DNA from: an uncultured Alphaproteobacteria bacterium
GTDB taxonomy: Bacteria > Pseudomonadota > Alphaproteobacteria > Rhodobacterales > Rhodobacteraceae
Length of the DNA stretch: 64,000 nucleotides
Assembly (NCBI GenBank): GCA_902586885.1
Contig: CACIJG010000006.1
Coordinates: forward strand, 11,512 to 75,511
Reading direction: 5' to 3'
Under the pieces are notes generated by a model. It saw only the letters and a list, made by a program, of their open reading frames with translations. It did not search any database and had not been told where the DNA came from. The translations under genes and the position numbers were made by a program. Position 1 is the stretch's first letter, and each line of letters starts with the position of its first letter. Of the stretch, positions 39,978 to 49,541 are shown piece by piece.

Positions 39978-41432
39978 TCAATTAATATTTCTGGGGTTTT
40001 TTTTAATTAAACCCTCTTTACTCTCGGGTGATACTTCAATCTTAGTTCTCTTCCATGAAATCTCTACCTGTGCCCCTTCAAAAGATAATTTTTTTTTCTT
40101 TGAACTTGAACTCGCATTAGCAAATCTTATTTCCGCACCCGTTCTCTCAAGAAGAATCTTTGATATAAATAAACCCAGCCCCATACCTTTATCATCTTTT
40201 TTTTCGTTAAAACCTTTCAACGAATTTTCTTTATTATTGAGAAACGGGTCTCCTATCATTTTCAAAAGGTTTTCTGGATATCCAGGTCCATCATCACTAA
40301 TAATAATATTAATAAATTCAATACTTGTTGACAGATCGACGTTAACACAAGAATTAGAGTATTTTATACCATTTTGAATAATATTTCTTATTCCATGAAT
40401 AAGTTCAGGCTCTTTCCTTACTCTTGGTATCTTTTCGGATTTAAATTTTATGAAATCATCATTCACATAATTACCGTTGATGGAAAACAGGATGTTTTTT
40501 CCTGTTACTTTATATGGCTCAATTGCGTCTGATATTAATTCCAGAAAATCAACAACTTTAACATATTGATCATCTTTCCCTAAGGACCCCATATCAGCCA
40601 AAATGTCTTTGCATCTGTTTGCTTGGTCAAAAATTAACTTTAAATCAGAATAGATGATATCCTTTTCTTTTAAATCCTCTAGTAACTCTGACGACGCAAG
40701 TTTAATAGTAGCTAATGGAGAACCTAGTTCATGCCCAAGGGCTGCTACAACACCAGCTATTGCTGTTAATTTACGTTCCCTTTCCAACTCTACCTGAGTA
40801 ACTTGTAGGGCTTTGTTCATATTTAGTGTGTCAATTGCAACCCGACGGGCATAACTTCCCAAAAATGTCACTGTTATAATAAGTGATGTACAAAAACCTA
40901 TTAAAAGAATGGCAGGAAGCTCTATTTCATATCCAAGGGAAGTGTAAATAGGAAGGTATGCAAAGCTTAAAAAAACTATACTAATTATAGTAATTATTCC
41001 TAGAACAAACGCAAATATAATGGATAAGGACGTCGCTGATACGATCACTGGAACAATAATCAATATAGAGAACGGATTGGTCATTCCTCCCGAAAAGAAT
41101 AGTAAGATAGAAATTTGAAAAAGATCATATAACAGGAGCAAAAACGCATTAAAGTCAGATAATCTTTTGGCTGGGGTGTAAAAATACAAAGAAAAAAGAT
41201 TAAAAATAACTGAAAATAAAATTATTAGAGCACATGCAATAATATTAAAGATAATGTTTAAATAAAAATAAGTAATAAGAATAGTTGTTAGCTGACCAAA
41301 AATGGCTAACCATCTTAGATTTATTAGTGTCCTTACCTTTATCCAACTGTCATTTGAATGAATTGAATGTTTATAGCTTTTATAATCAGCCCCCATTAAA
41401 TTATTATTTCTGTAATTTAAAAAATTTAGCAC
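39978..41432 (-). CDS. regB: redox-sensing histidine kinase RegB/PrrB/ActS
   Basis: Six TM segments, the quinone-site heptapeptide GGMTNPF, and H-box LGHELGSPL with Cys (ANRCKD) exactly 40 residues after the His, as in RegB. C-terminal ATPase G-boxes (DDGPGY, GMGLGL). GTG start, or ATG at 41396. Confidence 0.85.
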   Translation of the reverse strand: MLNFLNYRNNNLMGADYKSYKHSIHSNDSWIKVRTLINLRWLAIFGQLTTILITYFYLNIIFNIIACALIILFSVIFNLFSLYFYTPAKRLSDFNAFLLLLYDLFQISILLFFSGGMTNPFSILIIVPVIVSATSLSIIFAFVLGIITIISIVFLSFAYLPIYTSLGYEIELPAILLIGFCTSLIITVTFLGSYARRVAIDTLNMNKALQVTQVELERERKLTAIAGVVAALGHELGSPLATIKLASSELLEDLKEKDIIYSDLKLIFDQANRCKDILADMGSLGKDDQYVKVVDFLELISDAIEPYKVTGKNILFSINGNYVNDDFIKFKSEKIPRVRKEPELIHGIRNIIQNGIKYSNSCVNVDLSTSIEFINIIISDDGPGYPENLLKMIGDPFLNNKENSLKGFNEKKDDKGMGLGLFISKILLERTGAEIRFANASSSSKKKKLSFEGAQVEISWKRTKIEVSPESKEGLIKKNPRNIN

Positions 41433-41556
41433 AAGGATCTAGCAGTGTAAGAATTAATTGATTTATAAATGTAAATTAGAAATAAATTTTAACTTTAATC
41501 AAGAAGTTTAAACAAAAATTTGACGATAGTTTAATTTACATCATATTATTCACTGA

Positions 41557-42129
41557 ATGATTTTAGGATGTTTAATGTTTGACCAGGAGAACCAAAAAAT
41601 TGAACGGGATAACTCTCTTCTAATATTAGACGATGACGAACCCTTCTTAAGACGTTTAAGTAAAGCAATGGAGAAAAGAGGTTTCAAGGTTTTTCCAGCC
41701 AATTCAATCGAAGAGTTAGATCGAATAATTGAACTAAATGTTCCTAACTATGCTGTAATAGATCTGCGCCTTGAAGATGGAACTGGGCTAGACGCCATAG
41801 AAAAGATTAAAAGCCGAAATTCAGATTCTAAGATAGTAGTTTTGACTGGCTATGGAGCAATTTCCACAGCGGTGGCTGCAGTGAAAATTGGTGCAATTGA
41901 TTATTTAGCAAAACCTGCAGATGCTAACGATGTTATGAACGCACTGCTCTATGGAAAAAATTTTAAACCGCCACCACCGGAAAACCCTATGTCAGCTGAT
42001 AGGGTGAAGTGGGAGCATATCCAAAGAGTATATGAATTATGTAATAGGAATGTCTCAGAAACTGCTAGAAGGTTGAATATGCACAGACGTACTCTTCAGA
42101 GAATATTGGCAAAAAGAAGCCCTAAATAG
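41557..42129 (+). CDS. regA: response regulator RegA/PrrA/ActR
   Basis: Receiver domain (LILDDDEPF, AVIDLRLEDGTG, KP) plus the highly conserved Fis-type HTH NVSETARRLNMHRRTLQRILAKR. Confidence 0.9.
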   Translation: MILGCLMFDQENQKIERDNSLLILDDDEPFLRRLSKAMEKRGFKVFPANSIEELDRIIELNVPNYAVIDLRLEDGTGLDAIEKIKSRNSDSKIVVLTGYGAISTAVAAVKIGAIDYLAKPADANDVMNALLYGKNFKPPPPENPMSADRVKWEHIQRVYELCNRNVSETARRLNMHRRTLQRILAKRSPK

Positions 42130-42135
42130 ATAAAG

Positions 42136-43359
42136 TTACCTTTCTTTTAATAGGTCTGGGAGATGCCCATATTCCCCAGCAGCTTCATTCATAAATGCTA
42201 TCTTTAAATTTGTTGATGAGTCTATTGCTTTTAAACCCAACCTTCTTACCGCTCTGAGGATTTTACTGTCGTTGGAAAATAAGGTATTTATTCCATCCGT
42301 GTATGAAGAAAGTAAAAAGCGATCAAATGATCGCCACTGCTCATATCTTTTTAATAACCCAATACTCCCAATATCCTCACCGATCTTTTTTCCAGTTACC
42401 AATATTTCTGTAAGTGAGGCAATATCTCTCATGCCCAAATTTAGTCCTTGTCCAGCCAAAGGATGAATTGTGTGTGCTGAGTCACCTATAAAAACTCTTC
42501 TCTCATCAACAAAATCTCTTAATATGCTAAGAGATAAGGGAAAGACATATTTTTCGGAATCCAAAGTAATGTCTATTAATACGTTATTTAATTTTGCTTT
42601 AAGCTCTCTTAAAAAGTTTTCTTTTTTTGACTTGCCAACTTGAAAACCCTTTGTCTTCTCTTCACTCCAAACGATGGCTGACCTATTGCCCTTTAGCGGT
42701 AAAGAAGCAATTGGCCCACCACTAAAAAATATTTGATGCGCCTCCCCATTGTGAGTATTTATATGATTCACATTGGCAACGATTGCGACTTGATTATAAT
42801 CTTTACTTATAAATTTTTTCTTTATCGCTCTTGCTATTCTTGATTTTGGTCCATCACAAATTACGAATAGTGAAGCAAAGATTTTTTTTCCATTATCCAA
42901 ACTTATAATTGATCCCCCTTTTGCGATTTCTTCTCTTAAAACTTTATAGTGAGTCAATATTTCTACATTTTTACTTGCTCGTAATCTAAGATTCAAAGCA
43001 CTTCTAATCTCAAAGTCTTCCACCATATAACTAGTAGGCTCTTCACTTTCATCCTGCAAATCAAACTCAGCTAACTTCGTTACATCCATTGTTTTGGTGT
43101 TAGACTCAGATAAAATAATCTTCTTAATGGGTTCAAATTTTTCATCTAAATTGCCCCAAACCTCCAATTTTTTTAAAAGTCTTTTTGAGGTTCTAGAAAT
43201 AGCATATGAACGGCATATCCTTTTAGTTTGACTAGATGTTTCAAAACTTGGGTCAACCAAAACTACTTCAAATCCGTTCTCCCCTAAGGCTATAGCCATT
43301 AAACTTCCAACTATTCCTCCTCCGGCGATCAGTACCTCTGTTCTTTTTGTTTTATTCAC
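42136..43359 (-). CDS. UbiH/UbiF/VisC/COQ6 family FAD-dependent ubiquinone biosynthesis hydroxylase
   Basis: Motifs VLIAGGGIVG and FIGDSAHTIHPLAGQGLNLGMRD. Confidence 0.85.
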   Translation of the reverse strand: MNKTKRTEVLIAGGGIVGSLMAIALGENGFEVVLVDPSFETSSQTKRICRSYAISRTSKRLLKKLEVWGNLDEKFEPIKKIILSESNTKTMDVTKLAEFDLQDESEEPTSYMVEDFEIRSALNLRLRASKNVEILTHYKVLREEIAKGGSIISLDNGKKIFASLFVICDGPKSRIARAIKKKFISKDYNQVAIVANVNHINTHNGEAHQIFFSGGPIASLPLKGNRSAIVWSEEKTKGFQVGKSKKENFLRELKAKLNNVLIDITLDSEKYVFPLSLSILRDFVDERRVFIGDSAHTIHPLAGQGLNLGMRDIASLTEILVTGKKIGEDIGSIGLLKRYEQWRSFDRFLLSSYTDGINTLFSNDSKILRAVRRLGLKAIDSSTNLKIAFMNEAAGEYGHLPDLLKER

Positions 43360-43478
43360 TTTTAAATCTACTTAGAATATTTTTCTCAAAATTCACTTAT
43401 ATTCTTGTTTTACTCTTAATAGATTAATATTTTAACAAAACATTTGCAAATTAAGCTAATTCAAAAATATGATATTGA

Positions 43479-44819
43479 ATGCAAATGGATTTATTAGAGA
43501 AAAAAACAGCAGTTGAAATTGGACAACTTATTGAAATTGGGAAAATTTGTCCACTTGAGCTGACAGAATTCTTCCTGCAAAAAATAGAACAATTTCCAGA
43601 TTCAAAATCAATTTTTACTACCGTTTTACAAGAAAGATCCCTCGAACTAGCGAAAGAGTCAAAAGCTAGAGCCAATGCAGGTATTCGAAAAAGTATCATC
43701 GATGGGGTTCCCATAAGTATAAAAGATCTTGCCGATATTAGAAATGAATTAACTAGAGGTGGGTCATTAATGATAGAAAGCGAAAAAGCTAAATCCGATG
43801 CGGTATTTGTAAAAAATCTAATTTCAAATGGTTTAATTCCGATAGGGAAAACTCATATGACGGAGCTAGCATTTTCTGGCTTGGGACTTAATCCACAAAC
43901 AAAAACCCCTGCAAACTCATTAGACCCCAACTTGGTGCCAGGGGGATCATCATCTGGGTCAGCAGTGTCAGTTTCTAATGAATTAAGTGTGGCATCTATA
44001 GGTTCCGATACAGGTGGCTCTGTTAGAATTCCCGCGGCTTGGAATAATTTGGTTGGACTAAAGACAACACTTCACTCAATAAACTTAAAGGGAGTTTTAA
44101 AACTGTGTCCAAGCTTTGATACCATAGGACCATTGTGTAAGTCGGTACAAGATGCAAGCGCTTTGTTTTCTTCTCTTAGAAACAAAAAGGTTAACCTTTT
44201 GTCGCCTTTAAACTTGAGACAGCTTAGGTTCTTGGTAATTAAAAATGTTTTTTTTGAAAAATTAGACCAAGATCTAAAAATATCTTTTGATAACCAAGTT
44301 GAAGCTTTAAAGAATCTTGGTGTCACCATCGAATTTAAAAATTTAGAAGAAATCGATAAAGCACTGGAAATTAGTGGAACAGTTTTTCCTGCAGAGGCTT
44401 ACGCAACTTGGGGGAAATTGATTGAACGGGCACCTGAAAAAATGTTTCCCCCAATTTTAAGCCGGTTCAGAGGAGGCAAAGACATAAAAGCTTCTGAATA
44501 TATAGAAAAAATGAGACAGCTAGAAAAAACAAGAGAATTTTTTCTAAAGAAAACTTTTGGGTATGACGCAATAATAGCTCCAAGTTCTCCAATAAAACCT
44601 CCAAAGATCCAAAGGCTCATTGAAGACTTCAATTTCTTTAGAGAGCAAAATATCCTGGCTTTAAGAAACACCAGGATGGCTAACTCTCTGAACCTGTGCT
44701 CATTAACTATTCCTTTAAAAACTAACTTCTCAGGGTTTATGCTTTTTTGTCATCCAAACGAAGAAGATAAATTAATGCGCGTTGGTCTTACTATGGAAAA
44801 TCTAATTTCCAAAAGTTAA
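43479..44819 (+). CDS. amidase (amidase signature family)
   Basis: AS motif GGSSSGSAVSV...GSDTGGSVRIPAA. Substrate unknown. Confidence 0.8.
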   Translation: MQMDLLEKKTAVEIGQLIEIGKICPLELTEFFLQKIEQFPDSKSIFTTVLQERSLELAKESKARANAGIRKSIIDGVPISIKDLADIRNELTRGGSLMIESEKAKSDAVFVKNLISNGLIPIGKTHMTELAFSGLGLNPQTKTPANSLDPNLVPGGSSSGSAVSVSNELSVASIGSDTGGSVRIPAAWNNLVGLKTTLHSINLKGVLKLCPSFDTIGPLCKSVQDASALFSSLRNKKVNLLSPLNLRQLRFLVIKNVFFEKLDQDLKISFDNQVEALKNLGVTIEFKNLEEIDKALEISGTVFPAEAYATWGKLIERAPEKMFPPILSRFRGGKDIKASEYIEKMRQLEKTREFFLKKTFGYDAIIAPSSPIKPPKIQRLIEDFNFFREQNILALRNTRMANSLNLCSLTIPLKTNFSGFMLFCHPNEEDKLMRVGLTMENLISKS

Positions 44820-44907
44820 AATAACTCTAGCCTTTACCTTGTGAATAAAACCTCGTAACATTAGTCAATTCAAGCGAATACAAGTTTGATAAAACAGAGC
44901 AGAGAAA

Positions 44908-47376
44908 ATGTCTTTTTTAGAAAAGATTGATAATACAGATTCTCCCGAATCGAGGGAACAAAGAAGTTTTTTAAGAGCAACTCTCTTCAAACTTCTTGGG
45001 CTTATTTTCTTTTTACTTTTTGTATTTTCATTTGCATCATTAATATCATATTCAAAGGATGACCCTAGCCTGAGAAACGCCACAGACCAAGAGTTAGAGA
45101 ATTTTTTTGGTATTTTTGGCTCATATTTTGCTGACTCAATTCACATAGCAATTGGGTTGCCTATGTTTTTGTTTCCTCTTTTTTTTCTTTTTTGGTCGGT
45201 AAGATTATTATTTGGATCAAATTCTCAGATATTTGTTAGTAGACTGGTATTTGTACCCTTCTGCTTGGCATCAACTTCAATTTTTTTTTCTACAAACAAA
45301 CCAATTTATAATTGGCCTTTTGAATATGGTTTAGGAGGGATTTTTGGCGATACGGCTTTGAAAAAAATTTTAATCTTACAGCCTATTGAAATTAATTTGT
45401 GGCTTCAATTAATCTCGGTTTTTTCTCTCCTAACGTCTATTTTTCTTACTATCTTAATTTTTGGTTTCACTTTCAGAGAAATATTGAGTTTATCAAAGGA
45501 AAATATTTTAAATGCTAAAAGGTTTTTGACGGTTTTTTTTCGAATGACAAAACGGTTTGTTAACCTAATTTTTTTACGCGAGAAAGAAAAAGTAGATTTG
45601 GAGTCCAAGACAAAATATGAAAAATATCAAAATAATTCTTTTTACAATAAAGATATTGAACAAAAGCTAAGCTCTTTCGAAACAGATGACGAGAGAGATA
45701 GTATCGTGAAAACTGATCAGAAATTGGATGCTGAAAAGCCCATAATGAAAAGATTGAATATTTTCAAAAATAGTAGAATAAAGACGCGAGATGTAAAAAT
45801 AAGAAAAAGCAGTCAAGCAGAGCTAGAAGCCCAGCCTAAACTTGATCTTGATCATCAAGAAGAACTTTATACATTTCCAGCGCTATCTTTATTAAAAAAT
45901 GTAAAGGATGTGACTTTTTCTGCATTAAGCTCAGATGCTTTGAATGAAAATGCGAGAATGTTGGAAGCCGTTTTAGAGGATTACGGAGTTAAGGGTGAGA
46001 TTATATCGGTAAAACCAGGTCCTGTTGTTACATTGTATGAACTTGAGCCCGCGGCAGGTCTAAAAGCTAGTAGGGTAATTTCTTTGTCTGACGATATAGC
46101 CAGATCTATGTCAGCTCTATCAACTCGAGTTTCTACAATACCAGGTCGATCGGTTATAGGTATAGAATTACCGAATTCGAACCGAGAAAAAGTTTATCTT
46201 AAGGAATTATTATCTTCCAAGTGTTACGGTGATTGTAAGTTTCAGTTACCTCTTGCGTTAGGCAAGGATATAGGGGGAGAGCCAATAGTGGCCAATCTGG
46301 CAAAAATGCCACATCTCCTTATTGCAGGAACTACCGGTTCAGGAAAATCTGTGGGTATAAATACAATGATCCTTTCCTTATTATATAGATTAGATCCTGA
46401 AAAATGCAGGCTTATAATGATAGACCCAAAAATGCTAGAACTGTCTGTTTATGACGGAATACCTCATCTATTAAGTCCAGTAGTTACAGATCCCAAAAAG
46501 GCGGTTGTAGCTCTAAAATGGGCTGTTATTGAAATGGAAGACAGGTATAAAAAGATGTCAAAGATGGGTGTTCGCAATATTGAAAATTTTAATCTAAAAG
46601 TTGAAGAGGCCCTAGAAAGCGGGATCAGATTTTCTAGAACCGTCCAAACTGGGTTTGATCCAAATTCTGGAGAGCCCATATATGAAGACCAAACTGAAGA
46701 ACCTGAAGCCTTACCTTATATCGTCATAATTGTTGATGAAATGGCAGACCTAATGATGGTTGCTGGCAAAGAAATTGAAGCCTGTATTCAAAGGCTAGCA
46801 CAAATGGCTAGAGCAGCAGGCATACACCTTATCATGGCAACTCAAAGACCGTCCGTTGATGTTATAACCGGAACGATAAAAGCAAACTTTCCAACAAGAA
46901 TTTCTTTTCAAGTAACCTCTAAAATAGATAGTAGGACAATTTTAGGTGAAATGGGTGCTGAACAGCTCTTGGGAATGGGAGATATGCTTTACATGGCCAA
47001 TGGAGGGAAAGTGACCAGAGTCCATGGCCCTTTCGTTTCTGACGAAGAAGTTGAAGAAGTAGTTAGTTTTTTGAAATCAAAAGGAGCCCCAAGATATAGA
47101 AATGAGATCCTGGATCCATCTAATCTTCCTCAGGATAACCATATTATACAGGGCCTTAGTAAATTCAGCACAGACCCTGAAGAAGATCTTCTAGAGGACG
47201 CTATAGAAATAATTAGAAAAGATCGAAAATGTTCTACATCTTATATACAAAGAAAATTATCAATAGGTTACAATCGAGCAGCAAAAATTGTTGAGACTTT
47301 GGAAGAAAAAGGTTTTGTCTCACCTGCTAATCACGTTGGAAAGCGTGACGTGTTAGTCCCAGAAAATGATGTATAA
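44908..47376 (+). CDS. ftsK: DNA translocase FtsK
   Basis: N-terminal TM domain, Walker A GTTGSGKS, IVDEMADLMM and a C-terminal gamma winged helix (STSYIQRKLSIGYNRAAKIVE). Confidence 0.95.
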   Translation: MSFLEKIDNTDSPESREQRSFLRATLFKLLGLIFFLLFVFSFASLISYSKDDPSLRNATDQELENFFGIFGSYFADSIHIAIGLPMFLFPLFFLFWSVRLLFGSNSQIFVSRLVFVPFCLASTSIFFSTNKPIYNWPFEYGLGGIFGDTALKKILILQPIEINLWLQLISVFSLLTSIFLTILIFGFTFREILSLSKENILNAKRFLTVFFRMTKRFVNLIFLREKEKVDLESKTKYEKYQNNSFYNKDIEQKLSSFETDDERDSIVKTDQKLDAEKPIMKRLNIFKNSRIKTRDVKIRKSSQAELEAQPKLDLDHQEELYTFPALSLLKNVKDVTFSALSSDALNENARMLEAVLEDYGVKGEIISVKPGPVVTLYELEPAAGLKASRVISLSDDIARSMSALSTRVSTIPGRSVIGIELPNSNREKVYLKELLSSKCYGDCKFQLPLALGKDIGGEPIVANLAKMPHLLIAGTTGSGKSVGINTMILSLLYRLDPEKCRLIMIDPKMLELSVYDGIPHLLSPVVTDPKKAVVALKWAVIEMEDRYKKMSKMGVRNIENFNLKVEEALESGIRFSRTVQTGFDPNSGEPIYEDQTEEPEALPYIVIIVDEMADLMMVAGKEIEACIQRLAQMARAAGIHLIMATQRPSVDVITGTIKANFPTRISFQVTSKIDSRTILGEMGAEQLLGMGDMLYMANGGKVTRVHGPFVSDEEVEEVVSFLKSKGAPRYRNEILDPSNLPQDNHIIQGLSKFSTDPEEDLLEDAIEIIRKDRKCSTSYIQRKLSIGYNRAAKIVETLEEKGFVSPANHVGKRDVLVPENDV

Positions 47377-48007
47377 AAGAAAAAATGTAATATACAATTT
47401 TTTTCTATACATTGCTGTTGGGTTAATATTTTTCTTTTTTCTTTCAACCTCAAATTTAAAATTATTTGGTAATGAAAAGGAACTTTTAAAAATTGAAGAT
47501 TACTTCAATTCTATTAGAACTTTGAAAAGTGATTTTGTACAGGAAAGTGATTCAAGTTTAATTTCTACCGGTACTTTTTTTCTTAAAAAACCTGGTAAGT
47601 TTAGGTTTTCATACGACCCCCCCATGGAACTAGAAGTTGTCTCTCATATCCAAGCAGTCCTAATATTTGATCCCAAAAATAATAAGACTGGACCTCTTAC
47701 ATATCCCATATCCGGAAGCCCATTTAAATACCTTTTAAAAGATAAACTTCAATTAACCACAAAATATTTTACAAAAATATCTACTGAGGAGGATATGTTA
47801 TTTGTAAAATTAAATATGGGAACTGGAGAAAAAAATAATTTAACTCTTAAGTTTAAAAAAAATCCGATCAAGCTGGCAGGTTGGGAGTTGGAAAATAACT
47901 TTGGGGAAATTACCAAAGTTTTCCTGAGTGATCTAAGAGTAAACGGATATGTTTCTGATCAAATATTTAATTTAGATGAAGATTATAAAAATTTAAAAAA
48001 TAGATAA
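47366..48007 (+). CDS. lolA: outer-membrane lipoprotein carrier protein LolA
   Basis: Signal sequence, FVQES...GTFFLKKPGKFRFSYDPP pattern, and conserved position after ftsK. Confidence 0.8.
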   Translation: MMYKRKNVIYNFFLYIAVGLIFFFFLSTSNLKLFGNEKELLKIEDYFNSIRTLKSDFVQESDSSLISTGTFFLKKPGKFRFSYDPPMELEVVSHIQAVLIFDPKNNKTGPLTYPISGSPFKYLLKDKLQLTTKYFTKISTEEDMLFVKLNMGTGEKNNLTLKFKKNPIKLAGWELENNFGEITKVFLSDLRVNGYVSDQIFNLDEDYKNLKNR

Positions 48008-48775
48008 TATTGGTACATGATCAGAAGGCCTATCCCAGCCTCTTACATTTGAATAAATTTTACACTCCTTAGATTTTTTTGCTAAATCGGGACTGGCCCA
48101 GATGTGATCCAACCTTCTCCCTCTATTGGATATTTTCCAATCTCTAGCCCTATATGACCACCAAGAATACAACTTTCCACTTGGAAAATGCTTTCTAAAA
48201 ACATCAACCCATTTTCCTTGTTCCATAAATTCACGTAATAATGTAGTCTCCTGCTCTGTGTGTGAGACTACATTTAAAAGAGCCTTATGGCTCCACACAT
48301 CATCCGGTAAAGGAGCAATATTAAAATCTCCCAATATGACAGTTTTTTTCTGCTGATGAGAAAATATCTTTTCTTTTAGTTCCTCAATAAAATTAATTTT
48401 GTATTTAAATTTTTCATTTAATTTTGTGTCAGGAATATCGCCGCCTGCTGGAATATAAAAATTGTGAATTTTCAAACCATCCATTAGTTCTATACAAACA
48501 TGCCTAGCATCCCCTTTACTGCACATATCCAAGAAACTTGTCTTTTTTATCTCTCTTTTTGAAAGAGTTAAAACGCCATTATACGATTTTTGTCCCCTAC
48601 TAGCCGCATGCTGATACCCCAACTTTTCAAAGACACTTAAAGGTAAGAGTTCATCAATGCACTTTGTTTCTTGAAGGCACAAAATATCAGGGTTCGCAGT
48701 TTTTAAAAATTTTTTAACTGAATTTTGTCTAAGTCTAATTGAGTTAATATTCCATGAAGCTATTGATATTGACAT
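47993..48775 (-). CDS. xthA: exodeoxyribonuclease III
   Basis: Motifs SWNINSIR, LCLQETK, GDFNIAP and SDHVP. Confidence 0.9.
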   Translation of the reverse strand: MSISIASWNINSIRLRQNSVKKFLKTANPDILCLQETKCIDELLPLSVFEKLGYQHAASRGQKSYNGVLTLSKREIKKTSFLDMCSKGDARHVCIELMDGLKIHNFYIPAGGDIPDTKLNEKFKYKINFIEELKEKIFSHQQKKTVILGDFNIAPLPDDVWSHKALLNVVSHTEQETTLLREFMEQGKWVDVFRKHFPSGKLYSWWSYRARDWKISNRGRRLDHIWASPDLAKKSKECKIYSNVRGWDRPSDHVPILSIF

Positions 48776-49458
48776 CAGAGGTTATTGTTCAGCAGATGTG
48801 GGTTTAGAAAATAATTACGGTTTTTATTTATGATTAATTCACCACTAATCAGATTATCTTTTATTTTTTTCCTAAGTCTATAAAGATGAGTTTCAAAGGT
48901 ATGAGTGGACATATTTTTGCTGAAACCCCAAACCTCATATAAAATAAGTTCTTTATTTATTCCTTCATGCTTATTAATCATTAGGGCCATCATTATGTCG
49001 CTTTCCTTTTCCGTTAAGTAAACTGATTTTTTTCCATCATAGCTTAATAGTTTATCTGTAAAATAAAAATTTAATCTACCCCTTTTAACTTCATAATTAT
49101 TACCCATTGAAAATTTAGAATAGAGTCTGTAGAAGATATTTGCCATTTCTAAAAACCGAAAAGGTTTAACTAAACCTACGTCCTTATCTGGCAGGTTGGT
49201 CATCTTTTTTTTACTTATGATTACACGGATTAACCCCTCTTTGAGTTTATAAGAGCTATTGGCATTACTGAACTCATTAACATATTTAAGTTCACCATCA
49301 ACGATCAGAATATCTATTTTTTTTAAATCAGTTTCTATCTCCTTAATAGTCAAAAAATCACTTGCATTCATTTTATTCAAATTTTCTAACATATCCTTCA
49401 AGGTTTTCTTGAAAAGTGCTGACCGAGTTAAAATTCCTATATTCAATTTTCTTTTCAT
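48775..49458 (-). CDS. OmpR/PhoB-type winged-helix regulator with degenerate receiver domain
   Basis: The C-terminus LTEKESDIMMAL...THTFETHLYRLRKKI is Trans_reg_C-like. In the N-terminal receiver, the acceptor Asp (DILIVDGEL) and Lys (LVKPF) are kept, but the acidic pair is replaced (IGILTRS). Confidence 0.6.
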   Translation of the reverse strand: MKRKLNIGILTRSALFKKTLKDMLENLNKMNASDFLTIKEIETDLKKIDILIVDGELKYVNEFSNANSSYKLKEGLIRVIISKKKMTNLPDKDVGLVKPFRFLEMANIFYRLYSKFSMGNNYEVKRGRLNFYFTDKLLSYDGKKSVYLTEKESDIMMALMINKHEGINKELILYEVWGFSKNMSTHTFETHLYRLRKKIKDNLISGELIINKNRNYFLNPHLLNNNL

Positions 49459-49541
49459 AATTAATTTTTAAAACATTTGTTTATTTTACATTATCATTAC
49501 ACTATAACAACTCTCTTAGAAAAATACTTTAAGGTAGAATT

